DNA of 43,669 bases from a virus. Lineage: Duplodnaviria > Caudoviricetes. Location of the stretch: IMG/VR virus record IMGVR_UViG_3300031627_000002, positions 1-43,669 of that record, one strand, 5' to 3'. A model generated the notes under the pieces. That model was not told the DNA's origin and made no database searches. It saw only the letters and a list, made by a program, of their open reading frames with translations. A program made the translations under genes and the position numbers. Shown here one piece after another: positions 7,665-16,308 of this stretch (its first letter is position 1; the number at the start of each line of letters is the position of its first letter).

Positions 7665-7710
7665 GGTGAGGGGTATTAGACCTACTACCATTCAAGCTGT
7701 GCTTGTCTGG

Positions 7711-8277
7711 CTATTCGGGGAAACTCACTCCTTCTGGTGCAAGCAGCACTCGTCGTTGCTTCGGATCTTTATTCGTCACCAACTTATAGTTCGGGTATCC
7801 GTTAGCAATCGCGGATCGCCCGCATGTCATGTTATCTTTCCACCCGTGCTGTGTCTTCATCCAAGTTTCAGCCAACGTCGCACCCATAATGTCCTCCTGG
7901 GTAAGTTCCACAACGCCTTCCTTACTCACGCGTCCTGCCGCGATTGCAGTTTCAATAGCTACTTGGAACTTGTTGATGGTTGCGCTTCGTGCCATACGCC
8001 CGTCACGCCTCTTGATCTCACGTACAAACCGAGCAGTATCCTCACCGTCAATGCGGTTCACTTCCAGTTTCGCTGCCTTGGCTTCCGCTTCCACCATATC
8101 AGCAAGGTTCAACGGTACTGTCACGCTCTGCGTTTGCTGCAACGTGCGGAAGAATAAGTTCGCCGCCGTAGCGTTCGCTGCCGCTTGTGCCTTAGTTGAC
8201 TTCTTCTGTGCCAGTGGAAGGCTGGTTGCCTTCTTACCTGAACTCTTTACTGCTGCCTTCTTTTGTGCTTTTGCCAT
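7711..8277 (-). CDS. Hypothetical early protein, Lys/Ala-rich N-terminus (possible DNA binding); paralog of 1715..2281
   Basis: 188 aa; RBS GTAGGAGG; promoter 8344-8372; downstream terminator. Confidence 0.85.
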   Translation of the reverse strand: MAKAQKKAAVKSSGKKATSLPLAQKKSTKAQAAANATAANLFFRTLQQTQSVTVPLNLADMVEAEAKAAKLEVNRIDGEDTARFVREIKRRDGRMARSATINKFQVAIETAIAAGRVSKEGVVELTQEDIMGATLAETWMKTQHGWKDNMTCGRSAIANGYPNYKLVTNKDPKQRRVLLAPEGVSFPE

Positions 8278-8343
8278 GTTGTCCTCCTACAGACTATGTG
8301 TTGGCTAAATGACGGAAAAACCTAACGCCCTCCATCTGTATAT

Positions 8344-8410
8344 ATAATACCACCAAGGTTACAAGGATGCAACCCTTCTAGCGATCTTGGTGCGACATGC
8401 GTATGTCGCT
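8344..8410 (-). promoter_or_regulatory. Promoter plus upstream palindromic operator-like cassette
   Basis: TTGCAT-17-TATTAT with extended -10 TG; 8380-8410 matches 8793-8823 at 29/31. Confidence 0.8.
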
Positions 8411-8417
8411 GTTTGGT

Positions 8418-8708
8418 TCATGCATCACCTCCAAAGGATTCGCCCAGTTCTAATACAAAAAGCGGGTCGTACTCCAGACATGCTTCCTGCTGTGCCTTGT
8501 CTTTCACGATTCCAAACTTAGTGTCGCCTGATAGCGTGCATCTTGTGCAGACCCACATGAACTTCCCTTTTCGGGAAATCTCTACTGCTGCTGGACCTGC
8601 GGAGAGTTCGCATGGGCAACCCCCACGGCATTCGCATCGCTTCAAGTAAGCCTCTGGAAAGATGGCTTGGATCTCTTCTTCTTCTGTGGTTGGTGTAATC
8701 GTTGACAT
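8418..8708 (-). CDS. Hypothetical Cys-rich (Zn-binding) protein
   Basis: Start MSTITP at 8708; CECRGGCPC and CTRC. Confidence 0.7.
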   Translation of the reverse strand: MSTITPTTEEEEIQAIFPEAYLKRCECRGGCPCELSAGPAAVEISRKGKFMWVCTRCTLSGDTKFGIVKDKAQQEACLEYDPLFVLELGESFGGDA

Positions 8709-8756
8709 TTTGAACTCCTGTTGCTGGGTTGGTGTTGTTACCGTTTTCATGTATAT

Positions 8757-8823
8757 ATAATACCACAAAGGTTACAGGATTGAAATATGTCCAGCGATCT
8801 TGGTGCGACATGCCTACGTCGCT
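8757..8823 (-). promoter_or_regulatory. Second copy of promoter/operator cassette
   Basis: TTTCAA-TCCTGTAACCTTTGTGG-TATTAT plus AGCGATCTTGGTGCGACATGCCTACGTCGCT. Confidence 0.75.
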
Positions 8824-9101
8824 CATAGACCCCACACCTCCATTCCAAGATCCATCACCTTCAAACCAGGACGGTTGAGCCAAGATAAGTCCTCGTCTGG
8901 ATTGTGGGTCGTTATCCTGCCTGCGTCTAAGGTAGCCTCTGCTACCATCTCTTCCTCACTTTCATACAGTTCAGCATGTCCAACAATGCCGTACCAGTCG
9001 CCCGAGATAGTTTCCCAGGTCACCGCCATTGCTTCCATCAACTGGTCAACCTGAACTACAGTTATCTCATGCTTTTCCGCAATCCTTAGCTTTGTCATCA
9101 C
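8823..9101 (-). CDS. Hypothetical protein
   Basis: 92 aa, coupled to the upstream gene through GGAGGTGAGTGATG. Confidence 0.75.
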   Translation of the reverse strand: MMTKLRIAEKHEITVVQVDQLMEAMAVTWETISGDWYGIVGHAELYESEEEMVAEATLDAGRITTHNPDEDLSWLNRPGLKVMDLGMEVWGL

Positions 9102-9493
9102 TCACCTCCCCATAGTTCGCGTAGACCGCGTGGAACTATAAAGTCTATTTCGTCTACCAACGTGATTGTTTCCTCATCATCTGGATTTGGGCATGAAGGT
9201 ACGTATTCACCCGTCCAGTTACCTCGCCCCAACATCTCGCCAAGCATATCTTCAGCGGCTTCCTTGCTCATTTGGCCTACGACCAATGCGTACTCTTCAT
9301 CATTGCGGAAGATTGCCCAATCATCTCCATTCTCCCTAATGTAGAATCTATTCTTCACTTTTGGCGGAACATCGTTTAGAACCCCACGAAGAGTCGCCGC
9401 AATATCGGAAACGTGTATCCTGTGAGAATCTTCTGGCATCCTGTTCTCTATGGCTTCACAAGCCTCTATTAGCTCATTAATCTTTTCTTTCAT
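9098..9493 (-). CDS. Hypothetical protein
   Basis: Likely start MKEKINE at 9493, after promoter 9540-9568; ends GGE*. Confidence 0.75.
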   Translation of the reverse strand: MKEKINELIEACEAIENRMPEDSHRIHVSDIAATLRGVLNDVPPKVKNRFYIRENGDDWAIFRNDEEYALVVGQMSKEAAEDMLGEMLGRGNWTGEYVPSCPNPDDEETITLVDEIDFIVPRGLRELWGGE

Positions 9494-9539
9494 TTCTTTC
9501 CCCTTTTGTGGTTTTTGTAGCCTTATTACTACTGTTTTC

Positions 9540-9568
9540 ATAATACCATACACGTTACAAGGACGAAA
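9540..9568 (-). promoter_or_regulatory. Sigma70-like promoter (conserved family)
   Basis: TTTCGT-CCTTGTAACGTGTATGG-TATTAT. Confidence 0.6.
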
Positions 9569-9572
9569 CCCG

Positions 9573-9872
9573 TCATGCGTTATTGGTGCGAACCACGGTC
9601 TTGGGCTGAGCAAACTCTAACGTCGCTACCAACATCTCTACGATCTCCTGAAGGGCTACCTCACTGGCTGCGTTCTCATCAGCAGCCCATCTTGCGCCTA
9701 CCTTCACAGCCTCTACCATCGTTTCATACATCGCTGGGGCTGAACATATCAGCATACTGTTTGCGTCATAGGGATCGCTCCCCATCTCGGCTATCAGGCT
9801 ACCGTCTTCCGCCTCAATATGGTAACCGTCGCGCTCAACCCACGGACCATCTGTGTATCTTGCTTTTTTCAT
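9573..9872 (-). CDS. Phage hypothetical protein (T-x-GPW...ANxxLIxxAP family)
   Basis: YTDGPW and DANSMLICSAPAMYE resemble a common small phage protein family. Confidence 0.75.
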   Translation of the reverse strand: MKKARYTDGPWVERDGYHIEAEDGSLIAEMGSDPYDANSMLICSAPAMYETMVEAVKVGARWAADENAASEVALQEIVEMLVATLEFAQPKTVVRTNNA

Positions 9873-10189
9873 TGTCCTGACCCCCCTATGAATGTACCTA
9901 TTCTGTACGTTTCGTTATCATCGCTAATCTTGATCACCACGCCACTGAAGAAGCTATCGCTTCGGTAGCCATCCCAGCCTTCCTGCCATTCAGGTGGGTT
10001 CGGGTTGTGGACTGTATTGTTCACTGCCATAAAGTCCGCTACGTGGTAATGATGACCTTTGAACTTAATCCAGTTGTCATGCTTCGAGTCATCATCAAGC
10101 CAATCGTACTCTTCCAATACGGCTTCAGGGACTTCATACCCAAACAGGAACTGCCTATCGTGATTGTTTGTCGTTACTTGTACTTTCAT
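9869..10189 (-). CDS. Phage hypothetical protein
   Basis: 106 aa; ATGA overlaps on both sides; WDGYRSDSFFSGVVI. Confidence 0.75.
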   Translation of the reverse strand: MKVQVTTNNHDRQFLFGYEVPEAVLEEYDWLDDDSKHDNWIKFKGHHYHVADFMAVNNTVHNPNPPEWQEGWDGYRSDSFFSGVVIKISDDNETYRIGTFIGGSGQ

Positions 10190-10335
10190 TTTGAACCTCC
10201 GCTTATTTTTACTGTGAACTTGATTCTAAGAAATGTAAGTTGCTCAACGCAGTCCTGGTACGATGCCGAGTCTTTGCATATAAACGAGCAAGGAGTCTTA
10301 CTTTGAGGATCTTTCCAGCTTACTGTGTATGTCAT
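10186..10335 (-). CDS. Small hypothetical protein (49 aa), not in ORF track
   Basis: Manual translation MTYTVSWKDPQ...GGSK*; ATGA overlaps with both neighbours. Confidence 0.6.
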   Translation of the reverse strand: MTYTVSWKDPQSKTPCSFICKDSASYQDCVEQLTFLRIKFTVKISGGSK

Positions 10336-10517
10336 GCTGCCTTCCTGTTAGCGTCTGCACGATCCTGTAGAAGCTTACGAATCAAGTTCGCGTCACCGCG
10401 TTTTGCACAAGTTGCGACACACTCAGCAGGAGTCTCCTCATGCTCAACATCATATACCCAGACTTCAAATATTGTACTTTGCTCATTTCTTGTGGTGTAA
10501 TACCGAACTCTTTCCAT
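10332..10517 (-). CDS. Small hypothetical protein
   Basis: 61 aa, after promoter 10563-10591. Confidence 0.65.
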   Translation of the reverse strand: MERVRYYTTRNEQSTIFEVWVYDVEHEETPAECVATCAKRGDANLIRKLLQDRADANRKAA

Positions 10518-10562
10518 TTCTAATCCCTTGGTAGTTTTCGCAGCGGTTTTGCTACTGTATAT

Positions 10563-10591
10563 ATACTACCACAAAGGTTAGGGTGATGAAA
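10563..10591 (-). promoter_or_regulatory. Sigma70-like promoter (conserved family)
   Basis: TTTCAT-CACCCTAACCTTTGTGG-TAGTAT. Confidence 0.6.
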
Positions 10592-10626
10592 CGTGTCATG
10601 CGATCATAGTATGACCATGCCAGTCT

Positions 10627-10908
10627 TTATAAGATTGCTTCATTCTCTATCCATTCTATTTGATCCTCGGCACACCCAAGACAAAAGTACTCTACAGAGT
10701 CCCCCTCACCAAGGTCTTTTTTGGCACCAGTCAGTAAGTCGTCGCACCCTGGACATCTACCATAAACACAATTGTCGCAAACCCCTTCATTGTCACTAAA
10801 CTGATAGTCTGGATCAAACTTTACGTCGCAAGAAGAACAATCCTCAAAACCATTGATACACTCTTCACATGGGCACGTACCGATATGTAAACTTCCACTT
10901 TCTAACAT
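10627..10908 (-). CDS. Small acidic multi-CxxC (Zn-finger-like) protein
   Basis: Five CxxC pairs; start MLESG after GGAGGG. Confidence 0.7.
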   Translation of the reverse strand: MLESGSLHIGTCPCEECINGFEDCSSCDVKFDPDYQFSDNEGVCDNCVYGRCPGCDDLLTGAKKDLGEGDSVEYFCLGCAEDQIEWIENEAIL

Positions 10909-11027
10909 TTCACCCTCCAACAGTCCCCTGTCCCTTAGTCGTTGCTCTTGGTCTACTACCTAATGGTCGTCTTCCCTTGGCTGCCCTCAAGCACATGGCT
11001 CCTTTTTCCCTATATTTTTTGGAAAGG

Positions 11028-11615
11028 TTATCCATTTTCGGGGACTTCTTCAATTACCTCTTTTTCTACCATTTGGGTGACTTCTAATACTGTTTGCTCA
11101 AGCCATTCCAGTGATAGCTCTTTACCAACTATTCGGGCATAAGTTATTGAAGGGATATTGTTACGCATAGCTTCTGCAATAACTGTCTTAGACAACTCTA
11201 CTTGGTGTTTCCCATATTCTATAAGCTCAATACGGTCTTTTGAGTAACGTGACATATCTACACACCGAGCCAACTCAATAGATGAGGCGAATAGTAGTCG
11301 TTCAGTAACAAATGAAAGCAACGCGTCACGCTTAGATACATCAACCGTAGGTTCATGTTCAACCCAATCGTCGTGCATTGTCACAGTCCCTCTTTCCATT
11401 TCCCCAATAAAACCTGTGTGATCTACAAAGATACCCACCCCTGTGAGCCTACTGTCCATAAGGTGGAAAGCGTAATCATAGTCTTTAGGTGAGGTGGGAT
11501 TGTCTACCTTTGGCCTGACATACATTTCCATTGTACTAAGCCAGACTTTAGTGTTTGAATAGATCCTCCCACTTGCATAATCTATATCTTTTTGTGTTAT
11601 TTGTTCTGGTCTCAT
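11028..11615 (-). CDS. Hypothetical protein
   Basis: Start MRPEQ at 11615 after CTGTAGGAGG. Confidence 0.75.
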   Translation of the reverse strand: MRPEQITQKDIDYASGRIYSNTKVWLSTMEMYVRPKVDNPTSPKDYDYAFHLMDSRLTGVGIFVDHTGFIGEMERGTVTMHDDWVEHEPTVDVSKRDALLSFVTERLLFASSIELARCVDMSRYSKDRIELIEYGKHQVELSKTVIAEAMRNNIPSITYARIVGKELSLEWLEQTVLEVTQMVEKEVIEEVPENG

Positions 11616-11655
11616 TTTTTGCCTCCTACAGCAATCTTCGTTCATTAGATAGGCG

Positions 11656-11853
11656 TTACGCCATCGGTGCTTCTGCCGCCATGCGGTGATAGCAATTCAA
11701 TGTCTTTGCTACAACCTTGAGATTCAACCTACGGGTGTTCGCATAGGTAGCCAAAGAAGAAACCAAAGTGTCTACAACCTGCTTCTCTGGCAAGGTTCCT
11801 TCTGCTTTTTCGCATAGCAACATCAAATCACGCTCAAACTCAAGTCTAGTCAT
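11656..11853 (-). CDS. Small hypothetical protein
   Basis: 65 aa; GAGGA RBS. Confidence 0.65.
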   Translation of the reverse strand: MTRLEFERDLMLLCEKAEGTLPEKQVVDTLVSSLATYANTRRLNLKVVAKTLNCYHRMAAEAPMA

Positions 11854-11986
11854 TTTACAAAATCCTCTTTTTTTTATAAATGAATGGAAAATACCCCCCC
11901 CTATTCATAATGCCCCCCCTACTGCTCACAAAGGGTTAGAAGCCGCCTTGCTACCCGCTAACCGCTTGTGAGCTACACAAGGCATC

Positions 11987-12382
11987 TCAGGGCGCACCAA
12001 CTGTTCTTAGGTGCAACGCTCGCCTAACTTGCCCAACAAACCTATTCGGGGTTTTGTGACCATAGTCCATCTCTTCAGGCAGCCCCGTAACCGTGACCTC
12101 AACCTCGTCGTCATACTTCTCGTCACAAACACGGCGTTTCAGTACGATTTGTGAATCGGTATCCTTATTGAAACTAACCTGCCCTCCGAAAGTAGACCCT
12201 TCCTGACGCCTTAAATATTTAATGAGTCCTTTCAGTGTGTGGAAGAAGTTCCAATCATCATCTATGTGATTGTAGTGCCCCCACTCCCAAAGGACAGGCG
12301 TTGGCTTTCGCCTTCGCTTTGGAAACATTCTGCGCGGCAATAGGTCGGCAAATATCTCGTGATCGGTTTCTACCTCTTTCAT
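11987..12382 (-). CDS. Hypothetical protein
   Basis: 131 aa; ATGA-coupled; AGGAG RBS. Confidence 0.7.
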   Translation of the reverse strand: MKEVETDHEIFADLLPRRMFPKRRRKPTPVLWEWGHYNHIDDDWNFFHTLKGLIKYLRRQEGSTFGGQVSFNKDTDSQIVLKRRVCDEKYDDEVEVTVTGLPEEMDYGHKTPNRFVGQVRRALHLRTVGAP

Positions 12383-12732
12383 TTTTCACTCCTTACAAAA
12401 TATTCAAGATTAGACACTGTAGATCTCGCCTCAAGTTCAGCGTATTCTCGCTTGATCATCCTCGCGGCTGCCCTCAAGACGCAAACCCTCCCCGCGAGGG
12501 ACGGGTTATCTTCTGTCTCTTTGATCTTCGCATCAATCTCATTGCCTAAACAGATCCCAGCACAGTCCCAAACATCCATAGGTACGTCGTTAAAGTTTTC
12601 ACACTGTGACTCCAAGATATTGTGTCTTCCAACATACTTTTCCGTACCCTCTTTGATACTGGGAGTCACCATCTGCTCGTAAAACTGCTCGTATGTGCAG
12701 TTCTTTCTCATGTAATCACTTCTAGTAAACAT
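12379..12732 (-). CDS. Phage hypothetical protein
   Basis: 117 aa; CTGTAGGAGGGTAA RBS; promoter 12779-12807. Confidence 0.75.
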   Translation of the reverse strand: MFTRSDYMRKNCTYEQFYEQMVTPSIKEGTEKYVGRHNILESQCENFNDVPMDVWDCAGICLGNEIDAKIKETEDNPSLAGRVCVLRAAARMIKREYAELEARSTVSNLEYFVRSEK

Positions 12733-12778
12733 CTTACCCTCCTACAGGCTGTGCGTTTTATTGTTTGCTCGCATTGTA

Positions 12779-12807
12779 TTTATACCACTAAAAAGGTTAG
12801 ATAGCAA
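12779..12807 (-). promoter_or_regulatory. Sigma70-like promoter (conserved family)
   Basis: TTGCTA-TCTAACCTTTTTAGTGG-TATAAA. Confidence 0.7.
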
Positions 12808-12841
12808 GCTGTAAAAACCTTTGTTTGACCTGTTGGTTCCC

Positions 12842-13048
12842 CTACCAATACCCTTGGTATCCTTCATGCCTAAACTTACATTTATCTGTAATGTCTTCAA
12901 TGATATTCCCTTTGAATACGCCTACCCCAAACAGCAGTTCTGCCTGGGCGCTCGCAGTCTTCACTAAAGCGTTGAAGGTTATCTCAAGGTGTTGCAGTCT
13001 TAGTTGATCGTTCCAGAATATAATGAATTGCTCTATTGTCATTTCCAT
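12842..13048 (-). CDS. Small hypothetical protein
   Basis: 68 aa; last gene of the coupled array. Confidence 0.65.
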   Translation of the reverse strand: MEMTIEQFIIFWNDQLRLQHLEITFNALVKTASAQAELLFGVGVFKGNIIEDITDKCKFRHEGYQGYW

Positions 13049-13320
13049 TACTCACACCCTTTGATTGGCCCGAAACTGGGACGGCAACAGTGGTGTCTCA
13101 ACGCTGGATCAGGAATATTTGCTTTCAGTTCTGTTAAATCAACGACAGCCATCCCCTCACCCCACCAATGACGATTGCGATAAACAGCGTTGAGCGCTGT
13201 GCCAGCCGTAAGTAGACCCCCAGTCTCCACGGAATAGCCCTCCTCAAGAGATTGACGGAATAGTTTTATTTCTTCCTCTACTCTCTTGAGCTTAGCGATT
13301 GCTTGCGTTCGGGTCATCAC
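13048..13320 (-). CDS. Hypothetical protein
   Basis: 90 aa; junction motif at 13315-13328. Confidence 0.7.
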   Translation of the reverse strand: MMTRTQAIAKLKRVEEEIKLFRQSLEEGYSVETGGLLTAGTALNAVYRNRHWWGEGMAVVDLTELKANIPDPALRHHCCRPSFGPIKGCE

Positions 13321-13709
13321 TCACCTCCATATCGTTGCTCGATGTATCGCCTACAATTGATGCAAATCTTGTACTTCTTGTCGTAATGAATAAGCGGGTT
13401 GCAGTCTCCATCTGGAGCGCCACGGGGAAACCATTCACACACGGATATGTGATTGAAGTCATCAATGATGTGGAGTTTGTCTCTTGATTTATAGCCGTAC
13501 CCTACCCCCACGATAAAGCCAAAGCCTCCATCGCCTGTGAACGTAAGGTTATCTTCTTCGTCCAGTTCAAACATTATGCGAGTTAGTTCTGGGCAAGTAA
13601 TGTCTGCGTGTGAGTCTGGGTTTGTGCAGTAGAATACGTTATACATCAACCCTTTTGTTTCTGACTTGTCATTTCGAGTGAAGACTACTGTTGCTTTGAG
13701 CTTCATCAC
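13317..13709 (-). CDS. Hypothetical protein
   Basis: 130 aa; ends GGE*; junction motif at 13704-13717. Confidence 0.7.
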   Translation of the reverse strand: MMKLKATVVFTRNDKSETKGLMYNVFYCTNPDSHADITCPELTRIMFELDEEDNLTFTGDGGFGFIVGVGYGYKSRDKLHIIDDFNHISVCEWFPRGAPDGDCNPLIHYDKKYKICINCRRYIEQRYGGE

Positions 13710-13961
13710 TCACCTCCCTTCATAGCGTTGGGGGTCATACTCCCAGTTTTCATCACGCAGTTGTTCGCACGCCTCCTTGACTGTCTTTGTGTGGATGGAG
13801 TTGACATCTGCGTAGTTGTACCAGTGTTCCTCCATGCCGACCCAGAGAGAAGGGCGATCCGATTCCGCGTCAGTATCGCCGTAGCCGTCGTACTCCCAGT
13901 GGACAGTAGCTACCCGTGGATCGTCTTTCAGTTGCTGTAGTGTTCTTGGGTTACCCATCAC
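13710..13961 (-). CDS. Hypothetical protein
   Basis: 83 aa; junction motif variant at 13956-13969. Confidence 0.7.
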   Translation of the reverse strand: MMGNPRTLQQLKDDPRVATVHWEYDGYGDTDAESDRPSLWVGMEEHWYNYADVNSIHTKTVKEACEQLRDENWEYDPQRYEGR

Positions 13962-14263
13962 TCACCTCTCTTTGTACAGTGTCGGCAACGCCAGTTACTT
14001 GTCTTCTTATCAAAAGACCAGCCTTTACCCTTCAGTGCTTTGGCAGCATCTACCGTGCGAAAGGCTTCGGCATCGCCCATGTGGGCATCACCCACCTCGG
14101 TACACCAAGGTTCACCATCAACATAATATGTGGAAGTTTCACGACGGTACTCGGAGTCCATACCTTCTGGTATTTCACCGAAACCGCAATAGATGCTCAC
14201 TGTAATGTCTGTAGAATCAAATGCAGACTGTAGTGTTTCGTAGATCATGCTATCCGCCATCAC
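13958..14263 (-). CDS. Hypothetical protein
   Basis: 101 aa; C-terminal GW...W-x-CxxC; junction motif at 14258. Confidence 0.7.
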   Translation of the reverse strand: MMADSMIYETLQSAFDSTDITVSIYCGFGEIPEGMDSEYRRETSTYYVDGEPWCTEVGDAHMGDAEAFRTVDAAKALKGKGWSFDKKTSNWRCRHCTKRGE

Positions 14264-14502
14264 TCACCTCCTTCGTACCAAGCTTTTGAAACTTTCGCGA
14301 GGACAGTTTTGCAGTCTTGAAGATCTCCTTCCCAGCACAATCTCCATGCAGGATTCTCTTGAATCTCTACTTGTTCGAGGCGGTGGAAAGACTCACCAAG
14401 GTGATTTGTGAGAAGACGTTCGAGGAGAGACTTCTCCAAAAGAGAAAGCTCAAGAGATATTTCTCGCGGCTCGGTGTTGCGGTGTTCGATGTCAGCCATC
14501 AC
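14260..14502 (-). CDS. Hypothetical protein
   Basis: 80 aa; ends GGE*. Confidence 0.7.
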   Translation of the reverse strand: MMADIEHRNTEPREISLELSLLEKSLLERLLTNHLGESFHRLEQVEIQENPAWRLCWEGDLQDCKTVLAKVSKAWYEGGE

Positions 14503-14999
14503 TCACCTCCGTTGTTTGCATACATTCTTTCTTCAAAATCACACTGCTCTTTTATCGCCCGATCATCCTCAACTCCTGTGCAGTGTATACAGATAGACAC
14601 ATCATTCTCATCAGCCATGCTTTCAACTCTTTTCTCTCCACAACAACGACATTTAAAGTGCTTCCTCCATGAATCATCAGACATAAGGTTTTCTGTTGCT
14701 CGCGTGCTGTTGAAGGTTCGCCAAAACTTAGCGAGCATACCCTCAACATTTGTGTCCATTTCATCATAGCTTTTTGACCAATCAACAGGGTGGAATGACT
14801 GTGCTTTCTCCAGCCTTGCCACAAGACCTTTCCTTGTTGGATCGCCAGTTGCGCCAAGCGAACACTTGGACGGTAAATGTGTCGCCATCCACAAGCCTCT
14901 TCCATAAAGGCTCCTGTGGACAACCAGCCCTCCCAACGATGGGACAGCGTAAGCATCCACCACCCTATCCCTCAACACTAAACCTACCTTTTTCATCAC
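14499..14999 (-). CDS. Hypothetical protein with C-terminal Zn ribbon
   Basis: 166 aa; CRCC...CIHC; ends GGE*. Confidence 0.7.
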   Translation of the reverse strand: MMKKVGLVLRDRVVDAYAVPSLGGLVVHRSLYGRGLWMATHLPSKCSLGATGDPTRKGLVARLEKAQSFHPVDWSKSYDEMDTNVEGMLAKFWRTFNSTRATENLMSDDSWRKHFKCRCCGEKRVESMADENDVSICIHCTGVEDDRAIKEQCDFEERMYANNGGE

Positions 15000-15193
15000 T
15001 CACCTCCTTTTTCGACTTCCGTGGGAAGCCTCACTTGAAAACATTGAAGCTCTTCATTCCAAAACGCAGTTACATTGAAACCGCACTCGGCCAAGTCTTT
15101 CTCTTTCCTTATGCATCGAAAGATAGAGCGCATGGCTTGGACTGGAATCGTCCCGCATCCAATGAACTGAACGTGTAAACAGCCTTCCATCAC
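14996..15193 (-). CDS. Small hypothetical protein
   Basis: 65 aa; ends GGE*. Confidence 0.65.
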   Translation of the reverse strand: MMEGCLHVQFIGCGTIPVQAMRSIFRCIRKEKDLAECGFNVTAFWNEELQCFQVRLPTEVEKGGE

Positions 15194-15516
15194 TCACCCC
15201 CTTCTTCTTTAGGTTCACACACGTACCATTGACTACATTGTTCACACTCGATCACGATGTACCCCACACCTGTAGTGTGGAACTTTGCTCGCTGGTTGCA
15301 GGCAGGGCATTCATCCAAGTCTGTCGCTTTCACTCTTACGCGGTGACCAGCAGCCTCCCCAAGCGCAGGGTCATTAGGCAGCACCAACCAGTCTACATTA
15401 GAATCTGGCCCGACATGCAGCACGGCGCTGTCGCCGTACAAGCCCTCCTCTTTAGACTCTTGGTGTGTGCGCTGTCCTGGCCTCGCTGGCTTTGTCCAAA
15501 AAGTATCGCTACCCAT
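15190..15516 (-). CDS. Hypothetical protein with Zn ribbon
   Basis: CPAC...CEQC; ends GGE*. Confidence 0.7.
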   Translation of the reverse strand: MGSDTFWTKPARPGQRTHQESKEEGLYGDSAVLHVGPDSNVDWLVLPNDPALGEAAGHRVRVKATDLDECPACNQRAKFHTTGVGYIVIECEQCSQWYVCEPKEEGGE

Positions 15517-16054
15517 TGCTCACCTCCAAAGACTTTCTCCTGCGTTCAATATCTCTCGCAAAGCCTTCCCTATCTTCAGGCTCAAGCCGTTCTCTCCAAT
15601 AGAAGCCAGACGGCTTTTCAATAATCAAAGACTTTAGGATCTCGTGGCCCCAAGTCGTCGTAAGGACTACTTCGTTGAAAGCCCGATGAACCTCCTCAGT
15701 AGTTGCTGGCTGGTCTTCAAAGTGCCAGTTGTTGATTGACTTCGCCCAACTCACTAAAGTTGCGGGGTCAGGGCAAGTAGGCAACGCTACAACCTCATCT
15801 ACCCGCTCCCCTTTGAGCAGCCTATTCAACTGGTAAGCAGAAACCTCCACCCTTTCTGGCTCTTCTGTCGTCCAAGTTTCACCGTCATCAAGCACCCAGA
15901 TCTCTATATCTGGCGTCCTGTTCATTATCTTACATTCATCCTGGACGATGGGGTGCCAGACAGATTTGAGAGGATCGCCAGGGATATAGTTTTTCCTCGC
16001 CCAATCGCGAAAAGCAACCTCTTCCTCTGCACTAAGTGTCCTAAACAACATCAC
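15509..16054 (-). CDS. Hypothetical protein
   Basis: 181 aa; junction motif at 16049-16062. Confidence 0.7.
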   Translation of the reverse strand: MMLFRTLSAEEEVAFRDWARKNYIPGDPLKSVWHPIVQDECKIMNRTPDIEIWVLDDGETWTTEEPERVEVSAYQLNRLLKGERVDEVVALPTCPDPATLVSWAKSINNWHFEDQPATTEEVHRAFNEVVLTTTWGHEILKSLIIEKPSGFYWRERLEPEDREGFARDIERRRKSLEVSNG

Positions 16055-16308
16055 TCACCTCCTTGATTGTCGCATTGTTCGGCAAATGCCATCCGTTCGT
16101 GGTGGTGCTCAGTTGGCGTAAGCACTTCCTTGTCTATCTCTAGCCTTGCTTTACAATCTCCAGCCTGTGACCGAGATAATCCGCAAGCTATAGGCTTTGC
16201 CTGACCAAAGAATACTGTCCCTCTACTGCCTTTAGGCAGATCTGACTTATGAAAAACAGCCCAACTATAACTATCATCACCATCATATTTCCTTATTACA
16301 AGCCTCAT
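16051..16308 (-). CDS. Hypothetical protein
   Basis: 85 aa; ends GGE*. Confidence 0.7.
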   Translation of the reverse strand: MRLVIRKYDGDDSYSWAVFHKSDLPKGSRGTVFFGQAKPIACGLSRSQAGDCKARLEIDKEVLTPTEHHHERMAFAEQCDNQGGE

